Part shown: piece by piece, positions 1 through 9,117 of the stretch
How the letters are laid out: every line of letters starts with the position of its first letter
Numbering within the stretch: position 1 is the first letter of the stretch
Source: Mobula birostris
Lineage: Eukaryota
Direction: 5' to 3'
Length of the DNA: 64,000 bases
NCBI RefSeq assembly: GCF_030028105.1
Contig: NC_092395.1
Coordinates: forward strand, 43,552,459-43,616,458
The notes under the pieces: model-generated
Database searches by the model: none
Told to the model about the DNA's origin: nothing
Seen by the model: the letters and a program-made list of their open reading frames with translations, nothing else
Made by a program: the position numbers and the translations under genes

Positions 1-169
1 ATTCCAACCTCTGATCTGCTTTTGTAGCCATGTTGTGTATATGGCTGCTTCAGTATCCAGTGAATTGTAACACTCATGCAAGAAAATTACCATTTGGGAC
101 CAATCAATTGTAAGATATCAAAATGTAGGAGATGATGTATCCTGAACACATAAAGTTCATAGAGTGACA

Positions 170-430
170 CTACACAGTAACAGCTTCTTTGGCCAAACTG
201 GTGCATACCCACCAAGATCTCCACCCAAGTCTTCATTGGGTCCCATTTGCCATCGTTTAGCCCAGAATATTCGAAACATTTCCACTCCATGTACCTGCCC
301 AACTGTCCATTAAAAGTTGTTATTGTACATGTCTCAGCCCCTTCCTCTGGCAGCTCACTTCACACCAATGCCATGCTTTGTGTGTAAAAAAAAATTGCCT
401 GACACCAGACCTCAAGCTCTTCCACCTCAA
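170..430 (-). mobile_element. CR1-clade LINE 3' fragment, decayed
   Basis: Minus-strand translation near 380-430 resembles the CR1 ORF2 C-terminus (..GVRQFFFTHKAW), followed by CR1-like 3' UTR. Boundaries approximate. Confidence 0.55.
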
Positions 431-1154
431 TCCCTTCTCATCCATGTTGCTGACAGCCAGGTGCAGACCATCGGATTTCACTACCTGCACAGTTTCTGAT
501 GTTCTAATCAGCTGTGAAATCTATCTTTTAGCAGTTTGCTGGAGAATGCAGTGGATATAAATCTGCTGTCATTCCTTTCTCCCCTGATACCCAGTCGTTA
601 TCCCATAAGTCATCAGCCTACTAGTCTGGACTGCAGACGCTTTTGGCAAAACAGTGCAGAGTAAACCAGAGCTCAGCAGTTCCAAGGCTGTCCAAGATCC
701 CCCTTGTTCCTATGTACTTCCTACAGGATAGTTTCAAAATAGATTTAGCATCTCAAAAATAGCGCATGATTCATTGGGTATTATCAGCAGCAAAACTTTA
801 CATGTCCACCACAATTCATGACCTTGTTACTCAGTATATCCTAACTCCAGCATTACAATCAAACCAAGCTGCTGACCTTGACTCAATGTTAAAAACAGAA
901 GTGTACATGAGCAGAACTTGTCAAGTCTAAAAATTATCTGAGACCTGAAGTTACCACACTGTGAGCATTAAGCAGATGATCAGCATTAAGTTAACTGGCA
1001 GCCCTGAGCCATTGGATCTGAACAAAGGGCTTAAGCCCCTTAAGGGCAACAAAGGGAAATTTAATGGGGGATATGCAAACAACAGATTTGCTGAAACAAT
1101 GATATTTTTGCCAGTTTCACTGTGAACACATAAAACATATCACTTAAGGGTACA

Positions 1155-1255
1155 AAAAAAGAATACTGCAAGAACACAGCAGGTCAAACAGCACCTTTGG
1201 AGGCAGAAAGTGTATGTTGATGTTTTGTACTGAGAACAGATATCATGACAGAGAG
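1155..1255 (-). repeat. Degenerate antisense copy of the short hammerhead-bearing repeat at 1860-1970
   Basis: Aligns by eye to the reverse complement of 1860-1970 (gaacacagcaggtcaaacagcacc...gttgatgttttg); ribozyme core eroded. Confidence 0.5.
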
Positions 1256-1859
1256 TGAACAGGAAATATTATCAATATCTAGCAATATGAAGAAAGGTGG
1301 GACAGAGGCTAGGAGGTGAAAAATAGAGATAGATAGGGGTTCAGCTATTGGTGTATCTTGAAAGTTGTTGCATTACAAAAAGCTTTTGGTCAAGATTTCA
1401 ATACGTCTATCGATTCCTGGTGACCACATGTTGTTCCGGGTCAGACTCTTCATTTTGACTGTACCGAAGTGTCTTTCTTGCAGGTTTTCTAACACTCTGG
1501 TGTGCAGTTTAGAGGGGACCACAACATGAGATCCACACATCAGTGTTCTTTGACATACAGCCAGTTGGTCTCATGTGACTAAAAATTCTGCAAACAATGG
1601 GATCGCAATAACGTGGCCATCTTTGCCTGGTGATGTCAATGACTTTTCACAATGTTGGGTCATTCCTAGTTTCTCCATGCAATTTAGAATTTGTTACTGG
1701 CAGCTGGTCCATCAATTCTGTGTGGACTCTTCTGCTGGGTCACAGAATGAAGACTTCTCTACTTCAGAAGTCAACAGTAGAAGATGTGTCAAGCTTTCAG
1801 CAGTGCTGTGTTGTTTGGTAGCCATGAACGCTATGTCGTAAGAGTGGGCTCTTAGGAAA

Positions 1860-1970
1860 AGTGTTGAAGAGTCCTGATGAAGGGTCTCGACCTGAAACGT
1901 CAACTGTACCTTTTCCTATAGATGCTGCCTGGCCTGCTGTGTTCCACCAGCATTTTCTGAGTGTTGCTGT
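1860..1970 (+). repeat. Short interspersed repeat, probably Penelope-like-element derived, containing a minimal hammerhead motif
   Basis: gtcCTGATGAagggtctcgacctGAAAcgtcaactg followed by gatgctgcctggcctgctgtgttccaccagcattt; two degenerate antisense copies at about 1155-1255 and 1432-1462. Confidence 0.65.
1869..1906 (+). ncRNA. Minimal type I hammerhead ribozyme motif (partly decayed)
   Basis: Core CTGATGA 1874-1880; stem II 1881-1893 (agg/cct closing pairs); GAAA 1894-1897; palindromic ACGT helix III; GTC cleavage triplet 1899-1901; stem I gagtc/aactg pairs 3 of 5. Confidence 0.55.
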
Positions 1971-2024
1971 TCTAGGCATGACAGCTCACCTTTGTCAGGC
2001 TCTGTGTTGTTGATTCAGAAGAAC

Positions 2025-3135
2025 CTAAGAAATGGGAGCAGGAGTATTGGATTGGTTAGCCAATAGAAGGCAGAGAGTTTGTATAAATGGGTATTTCTCC
2101 AGTTGGCAGTCAGTGGTGAGTGGGGTGCCGCAGGGGTCGGTGTTGGGCCTGCAGCTGTTTACCATTTACATTGATGATTTGGAAGAGATGACTGAGTGTA
2201 GCGTAGCAAAATTTGCTGATGACACTAAATTGAGTGGAAAAGCAAATTATACAGAGGATGTGGAGAGTTTGCAGAGGGATACACATATGTTAAATGAGTT
2301 GGCCAAGGTCTGGCAGATGGAATACAAAGTTGCTAAATGCAATATCATCCATTTTGGAAGGAATAATAGAAGAGCAGATTATTATTTAAATGGTGAAAGA
2401 TTGTAGCAGGCTGTTGTGCAGAGGGACTTGGGAGTGCTTGTGCATGAAACACAAAAAGTTGGCTTGCAGGTACAACAAGTTATTAAGAAGGCAAATCGAA
2501 TGTTGGCCTTCATTGCTGGAGGGATTGAATTCAAGATCAGGGACATCATGCTGCAACTTATACAGGGTTCTGGTGAGGCCACACCTGGGGTACCATGTGC
2601 AGTTCTGGTCTCCATACTTGAGGAAGGATATACTGGCTTTGGAGGCAGTGCAGAATAGGTTCACTAGGTTGATTCCAGTGATGAGGGGGTTAACCTATGA
2701 GGAGAGATTGAGTCGCCTGGGACGATACTCTCTGGAATTCAGAAGAATGAGAGGGGATCTTATAGGAATATACAAAATTTTGGAAAGGATAGATAAGGTA
2801 GAAGTAGGAAAGTTGGTCGGTGAGACTAGAGCTAGGGGACATTGCCTCAAGATTCAGGGAAGAAGATTTAGTACGGAGATGAGGAGAAACTGTTTTTGCC
2901 AGAGAGTGGTGAATCCATGGAATTCTCTGCCTAGGGAAGCAGTTGAGGCATCTTCACTAAAATATTTAAGATACAGTTAGATAGATTTTTACATAATAGG
3001 GGAATTAAGGGTTATGGGGAAAAGGCAGGTAGATGGAGCTAAGTTTACGGAGAGATTAGTCATGATCTTATTGAATGGCAGGGCAGGCTCGATGGGCTGG
3101 ATGGCCTGTTCCATAGTTCTTATGCTCTTATGTTC
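2025..3135 (+). mobile_element. CR1-clade LINE, 5'-truncated (RT domain, C-terminus, 3' UTR), frameshifted
   Basis: ORF 2032-2406 has SGVPQGSVLG and KFADDTKL; ORFs 2390-2980 and 2416-2658 carry the CR1 C-terminal region (RPHLGYHVQFWSPYLRKDILALEAVQ); ends in a cttatgctcttatg short-repeat tail. Confidence 0.9.
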
Positions 3136-3550
3136 AGGCCATTTGGCCCATCAAGCCTGCTCCACCATTCAATCAAAATCAAGGCGGACCTGACCATGGA
3201 CTTATCTCCACTTATATCCCATTTACTCCAAACACTTAATTCCTCTACTATGCAAAAAGCTATCTAACCTTATCTTACTGAGGTAGTCTACACTGCTTCA
3301 TTGGGCAGAGAATTTCACAGATTCACCACTCTTTGGGAAAAGCAGATCTTCCTAATCTCTGTCATAAATTTACTCCCCCCAAATCCTGAGCATAAGTCCC
3401 CTAGCTCTACTCTCACCTACCAGTGGAAACAACTTTCTTGCCACTATCTTATATAGCCCTTTCAAAATTTTATATTCTCCTATGAGATCATTTTTCAACT
3501 TTCTGAGTTCCAGTGAGTGCAGTCCCAGGTGACTCGATCTCTCCTCATAG
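3136..3550 (-). mobile_element. CR1 3' fragment (antisense), interrupted by the LTR element at 3551; continues at 8439-8640
   Basis: Reverse complement is homologous to the 3' part of the CR1 at 2600-3135; sequence is contiguous across the insertion (..ctcctcatag | ttaatcccctcatc..). Confidence 0.8.
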
Positions 3551-4366
3551 TGTTACGTACCCTGTAACTGGGTTGCCAAACTAGCAGAAATGGACCACTC
3601 AGTTGGAGTCTGGATTACTGGAACTAAGAAAGTTTTATTAAAGAAATAAGCAACACTGTACTCTAATAGTAAGGATATAAATGCAATAGGTTAGCAATGA
3701 ATAAACACACATGTACACAGAACTGGGATAATAGGATCAATCAAGCTCTATCGCAGTCTAGGGGTAAAATGATCAATCACAAGTGACAGAGTTCAGTTTA
3801 GTTCAGTTCACAGTAATTGCCGTCGTGCCGTTGGGGAGAGAGAGAGAGAATGAGTATGCAAATCGAATTCCACACAGACCTTCGATATTCCTCGCAGTTA
3901 GCTTTCGGGCGAGCCCTTTGTAATGTCTTCTGAGGTCACCGACTGTGACCCCTCCGTTCCAGATACGATCGTACTTCTGCGGTGAACTCGGCACCCAGGC
4001 AAGGGCGGACACACACACCAGGTTCCCGCCCGACCATATCTTTCCACCCTGTGCGTCAATGGCTGGTCCCGCGAGCAGACCTCCAAAACTCCCACCAATT
4101 TGTGGGGGCACACCGCTTCCAGGGTCTCGTTACCTCCTGGTGTCGTGTGTGGGTTGCCTTAGCGAACCTGTCCGTTTTTATCCCCCTGCAGGGGTATCAC
4201 CTGTCCATCAAACTTCAAACAGTTCAAAGCAACCGGTCTCTGACAATACTCGGAACTGTGTCTCCTTTCAGTAATCTCTCTCGTCTCTCTCTTATTAGCA
4301 TTTTGAATGTTCCCCCATTGTCCTCTTATCGGCATCAATCTTCTGATAATTTGGTCTGTCATCACA
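3551..4366 (-). repeat. 3' LTR of the Gmr1-like element (816 bp)
   Basis: Minus-strand termini TGTGA...TAACA; preceded on the minus strand by PPT GAAGGATGGGGG (4367-4378). Confidence 0.9.
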
Positions 4367-4536
4367 CCCCCATCCTTCAAAGGATTTTTACCGGGGTAAA
4401 AATTATAGTCATGAATACGCTATTAGATACACACAAATATACATGTTTATCAGCTATTTGGCTAATACAGAGAATTTTAAGTTGTCAACACCTGACAGAC
4501 AGTCAGCAATCATATTTTCTGTTCCTTTTATATGCG

Positions 4537-5040
4537 TTATTTTAATAATCCTCTAAAACCGGGCTCCAATTTAGCAAACTTCATAGTGGCCGAAAACACT
4601 AATGAATTGTGATCAGTATAACTTCTCAGTGGTTTTCGCCCCGGACACAGATAACAAGGGTCGTCCCATACCAATTTAGCATTCTTTGGCAAGGGCTTAG
4701 TAAGAGGGTGGGTACTATCCGCAAAGTTGTTTTTTTTTTCTGCAAACTTCCGATAGTACCCCACCACCTCCAAGAACCTTCTCAGGGCTCTCTTGTCTGT
4801 CGGGGTGGGGAATTCAGAGATAGCCCGCACGTTAGCTTGCATCGGAGCCAGCTGCCCCTGTCTTACCACAAATCCCAGATAAGTGACTTTTCCATGGCCG
4901 AATTCACTTTTTGCGAGGTTCACTGCCAGGCTGGCTTCAAATAGCTTTTTAAACAGCTCCTCCCACATGTTACTCCAGACCACTACATCGCCAATATACA
5001 CTTCTGTGTTCTTTAGCCCGTTTGTCACTGAATTAATCAT
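4537..5040 (-). pseudogene. Gypsy RT palm/thumb and RNase H remnant
   Basis: VYIGDVVVW (decayed YIDD), NLAKSEFG, VTYLGF, LRRFL..VGYYRKF, YTDHNSL; internal deletions. Confidence 0.85.
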
Positions 5041-5315
5041 TCTATAGGGGTGTTGCTCACTAGGCTGACCTGATGTGACAACAGCTCCATGTCCCAGTTC
5101 TTTGCATCGCCTCGGGGCATCTAGACCTACGTGCGTGTGTCGTTTAATTAGCTCTCTTAGCGGGTCGCTTTTTTTCGGGGATTAATGGAGAGAACTCATC
5201 AGCAAAGTTGGTCAACACAATAGACATCTCCCATCTGGTCGGCACCACACTTATCTTTTCAAAATGGGTCCTCCCCTTATCAGGTGGCACCTTAGCCTCA
5301 TTAATTTTCATGATA

Positions 5316-5669
5316 TCACCAGCTAGATCTGTTTTCTGATCGTGGTGGGCTTTTAACCATGTTAATAGCCTCTAGCTGTGTTAACTCACGTCTGCAATAG
5401 TCAATAACATCCTTCCTCCTGTGCAGCCAGTAAAACTCTTTCATGGTTCCGCCGACTGTTTCCCTCCCCCCAAAATGTCCACCGAGGGGTATCTTGTGGG
5501 CTAGGTTAAAAATCTCATCCCCATAAATTTTTGGCACCATCCCCCATTTCTCATCTGCGGGTACAGTACTTGGTCTCCCTTTCTTCCTTAGTACTCCCTC
5601 CTCCAAACAATAGCCTACTGGCTCCCTTTTCAATTCTGCTTCAGAGAGAGCTGTCTCCGCCGAAACCAT
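5316..5669 (-). pseudogene. Integrase N-terminal zinc-binding remnant, located upstream of RT
   Basis: AHKIPLGGHFG..T....EFYW....KDVIDYCR; the catalytic core is deleted. Confidence 0.75.
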
Positions 5670-5813
5670 CAGCTCCTCGTCTCGCTCCTGTGTCTGTACA
5701 AAGTCCTTCCTTGCTAATGCTAAGTCTACCTCAACTCCCTCACTTCCTTCTGTTTCACTACACTCCTTCTTTTCACTTTCTACCTCCCCCGGTACAAGGC
5801 TGGTAGAAACGAC

Positions 5814-6434
5814 TCAGTTAAATTTACTGGCAGCCTTTCTGTACACACGCCGAGTCACTGCACAAACGGGATGAACCTCTGAGTCCATGGGCGGGGCCTC
5901 AATGCTGGTAGGCTGATTTGTCAATCTCACTGCTGAGAACACTTTTCCGCCGGCGAGGTCATTACCGAGTAAGACTTCCACGCCTTTCATCGGTAGTTCG
6001 GGCCTCCCCACTATCGTGACCAGTCCAGAGACCAAGTCGCTTTTTAGGTGTATCTGGTGCAAGGGTACTGCCTCAGTCCCTTTCCCAATGCCTTTTATGA
6101 CCCTGACTTTCCCAGTCTCGGTCTCCGAACTAAAGTCTAACACATTCTTTAATATCAATGACTGACACGCTCCCGTGTCTCTCCAGGTCCACACTGGAAC
6201 TGGGTTTAACCCCTCCTTCACCGACACCAATCCGGCCGAGATAAACCTCTCGCGCCCTTCCTGAACTTTGGCAGACCTCTTCTCTCCTCGCGGTTTGTTT
6301 ACCAGCTCAATACAGCCAGTCGGAATCGTCGCCTTTCCCTTTCCCGTCTCCTTCTTCGGGGCAAAGCACCTGGACGCAAAGTGTCCGGCTTTCCCACAGT
6401 TATAACATACGACCCCAGGAGACTTCCTATCCAA
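5814..6434 (-). pseudogene. Gag zinc knuckle plus aspartic protease
   Basis: CYNCGKAGHFASRC (CX2CX4HX4C); RDTGACQSLI catalytic motif; LLGNDL. Separated from gag by a stop and a frameshift. Confidence 0.88.
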
Positions 6435-6435
6435 A

Positions 6436-7593
6436 CTACTCCCTGTCTACCTTATCCTTCTCACTAGTCCCCGGCTTACTTTCTGATTTTTCTGGCGGAC
6501 TCTCCCCGCCGTCCTGACTACCCTTCTGGTAGCCTTTACTCAGGGCAAACTTTGTTTTATGTGTTATCGCATACTCATCTGCTAACTTAGCAGTTGCGGC
6601 TAAAGTGGCTGCCTCTTTCTCATCTAGGTAGGGTCTCATACCTTCAGGGACACAACCTTTAAACTGCTCAATCAGGATCAGCTGTAGCAGTCTGTCATAA
6701 TCCCCATTTACCCCCTTCGAGGCGCAACAACGCTCACAATATGTCTGCATCTCACGGGCAAACTCTAAATATGTGCGGTCCCACTGCTTCCTCGCATTCC
6801 AAAACCTCTGCCGGTATGCCTTTGAGACCAACTCATAAATCCTGAGGATGGCCTCTTTCACCACCTCATACCTCTGGGCATCTTCCACGGACAAAGCCGA
6901 GTAAGCTTGTTGGGCTTTTCCTTTAAGTACACTCTGAAGCAAAACAGCCCAATTATCCCTCGGCCAGTCCTGACTTGCAGCAACTTTTTCGAAATGGAGA
7001 AAGTACCGATCCACATCGGTATCAACAAATGGGGGAACCAGCCTAACCTCCTGGGTCGCCCTTAACCCTCCACCTTGGTTCGGCATGGGCCCCTGCTCTG
7101 TCCTCATCTTTAACCCCTCCAGCTCGAATTCCCTTTCCCTCTGTTTCTCTTCTCGCTCCAACTGCCTCTCTTTCTCTTGCCGCTCCAACTGCCTCTCTCT
7201 CTCTTCTCGCTCCAACTGCTTCTCTCTCTCTTCGTGTTCTAGCTGCCGTACCCGGAACTCGTGCTCGAGTCTCAATTTTTCAATCTGCACCTGTACTGCG
7301 TTTTCACCAGGTTTTCCAATAGACATCATCTCCAGCGCCCCTTGGGGAAACACACCTTTAGACACATGATGCTTTATGATAGCTCCGTGCATCTCCTCTC
7401 TCCTCATTGTCGACTTCCCCTTAACAAGATTCAACCGTTTGGTCACAGCTGCCAATTCCGCTTTCCTGGCATCCTCTAATGCCTCCAAAGCCGGCGCCTT
7501 TAGAAATTCCTCAATCTCCATTTCTGCTGTTTGCCTTTTCTTTCTTTTGGGAATTTTTAACCCAATCAATTTACCCCGTCCCAAATTTAGCAT
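6436..7593 (-). CDS. Gmr1-like Gag (coiled-coil E/R/K repeat plus SCAN-related capsid domain), 385 aa open frame
   Basis: YFLHFEKVA...WP...W..LLQSVLKGKAQQAY; YRQRF; LLQLILIEQFKGCVP..MRPYLDEK; AAKLADEY. 27-bp coding repeats at about 7140-7240. Confidence 0.85.
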   Translation of the reverse strand: MLNLGRGKLIGLKIPKRKKRQTAEMEIEEFLKAPALEALEDARKAELAAVTKRLNLVKGKSTMRREEMHGAIIKHHVSKGVFPQGALEMMSIGKPGENAVQVQIEKLRLEHEFRVRQLEHEEREKQLEREERERQLERQEKERQLEREEKQREREFELEGLKMRTEQGPMPNQGGGLRATQEVRLVPPFVDTDVDRYFLHFEKVAASQDWPRDNWAVLLQSVLKGKAQQAYSALSVEDAQRYEVVKEAILRIYELVSKAYRQRFWNARKQWDRTYLEFAREMQTYCERCCASKGVNGDYDRLLQLILIEQFKGCVPEGMRPYLDEKEAATLAATAKLADEYAITHKTKFALSKGYQKGSQDGGESPPEKSESKPGTSEKDKVDRE

Positions 7594-7597
7594 TCAA

Positions 7598-7619
7598 AAT
7601 CGCGGACGAGAACCCCACT
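7598..7619 (-). promoter_or_regulatory. Primer-binding site, tRNA-Pro-like
   Basis: Minus strand reads TGGGGTTCTCGTCCGCGATTT next to the 5' LTR, close to the tRNA-Pro PBS TGGGGGCTCGTCCGGGATTT. Confidence 0.7.
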
Positions 7620-7621
7620 TA

Positions 7622-8428
7622 TGTTACGTACCCCGTAACTGGGTTGCCAAACCAGCAGAAATGGACCACTCAGTTGGAGTCTGGATTATTGGAACTAAGA
7701 AAGTTTTATTGAAGAAATAAGCAACACAGTACTCTAATAGTAAGGATATAAATGCAACAGGTTAGCAATGAATAAACACATATGTACACTGAACTAGGAT
7801 AATAGGATAAATCAAGCTCTATCGCTGTCTAGGGGTAAAATGATCAATCACAAGTGACAGAGTTCAGTTTAGTTCAGTTCGCAGTAATCGCCGTCGTGCC
7901 ATTGGGGAGAGAGAGAGAATGAATATGCAAATCGAATTCCACACAGACCTTCAATATTCCTCGCAGTTAGCTTTCGGGCGAGCCCTTTGTAATGTCCTCT
8001 GAGGTCACCGACTGTGATCCCTCCGTTCCAGATACGATCGTACTTCTGCGGTGAACTCGGCACCCAGGCAAGGGCGGACACACACACCAGGGTCCCGCCT
8101 GACCGTATCTTTCCACCCTGTGCGTCTATGGCTGGTCCCGCGACCAGACCTCCAAGACGTCCACCAACTTGTGGGGGCACACCGCTTCCAGGGTCTCGTT
8201 ACCTCCTGGTGTCGTGTGTGGGTTGCCTTAGCGAACCTGTCCGTTTTTATCCCCCTGCAGGGGTATCGCCTGTCCATCAGACTTCAAACAGTTCAAAGCA
8301 AACAGTCTCTGACAATACTCGGAACTGTGTCTCCATTCGGTAATCTCTCTCGTCTCTCTCTTATTGGCATTTTGAATGTTCCCCCATTGTCCTCTTATCG
8401 GCATCAATCTTCTGATAATTTAGTCTGT
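7622..8428 (-). repeat. 5' LTR of the Gmr1-like element (outer terminus missing about 7 nt)
   Basis: Colinear with 3551-4359; contains the expected TAACA inner end but lacks the terminal catcaca seen at 4360-4366. Confidence 0.88.
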
Positions 8429-8649
8429 TGTTCCCCTCATAGTTAATCCCCTCATCTATGGAATCAACCTCGTGAACCGACTATGCATTGCATCCTTCCT
8501 CAAGTAAGAAGGCCAGAACTCCACGCAGTATTCCACATGCAGCCTCACCAGTACCCTGTACCGTTGCAGCATAACCTCCCTGCTCTTAATTTCAATCCCT
8601 CTAACAATGATGACCATCTTTCCATTTGCCTTCTTGATAGAATATAATG

Positions 8650-9100
8650 CCTATTGTAAGTTGAGATCTCTTTCTGACAGTAGCCTCTTTTGTGTACTCT
8701 GTCCATGCACGCTACTTACAAGACTGTCCTTTAATACATCAGAAAGTCCATGTCTAAAGTCACAGTACTGAGAAAGTCTGTGCAGTTGTGCAATGCATTC
8801 AGAAATTCTTTCAACCTTTGACAGGTTGCTTTTGTGAAATTCAAATCTCCCAGCTGTTACCAGCGGATTTGGGCACATGTGATTTTGCAAAATGCAGCAA
8901 ATTTGTTGAATGTCTTTTCAAGAGTTACTAAGTTGAGTAAGAGACTGTACGTTGTAGCACCCATTAAGTTAAGAAATGTGGAGACTTTCTTTACTTCGTC
9001 CACTTTGTTAGCATTACTATACAGTCCAATGCTGTCACTATACGATTTCCTGTCCTTATGAACACTATGAAATTAGTCAACTTTCCGCATTCAGACCATC
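8650..9100 (-). pseudogene. Gag fragment of another Ty3/Gypsy lineage
   Basis: ..PNPLVTAGRFEFHK...ERISECIAQLHRLSQYCDF...LSDVLKDSLV......QKRLLSE.DL, typical of Gypsy gag (RDRLVCG-type region). Confidence 0.7.
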
Positions 9101-9117
9101 GTCATGTTATTTTTACG

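Larger units (their letters stand above)
3551..8428 (-). mobile_element. Gmr1-like Ty3/Gypsy LTR retrotransposon, internally deleted (about 4.9 kb)
   Basis: Direct LTRs 3551-4366 and 7622-8428 (about 5% divergent by eye); tRNA-Pro-like PBS; PPT; SCAN-type gag, CCHC knuckle, DTGA protease, integrase remnant, then RT/RNase H. Confidence 0.92.

Noticed and set aside
430-520. DGLHL (SGNH esterase-like) peptide on the minus strand
   Set aside because: The frame has nearby stops and the motif is not kept in the 33070-33385 copy.
1021-1056. Overlapping palindromes gggcttaagccc / cccttaaggg between aacaaaggg repeats
   Set aside because: Too short and isolated; consistent with a local slippage or template-switch event.
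3982-4545. ORFs inside LTRs (also 8051-8446, 19520-19825, 21792-22292)
   Set aside because: They lie in LTR or tandem-repeat sequence, and their lengths differ between LTR copies; no protein motifs.
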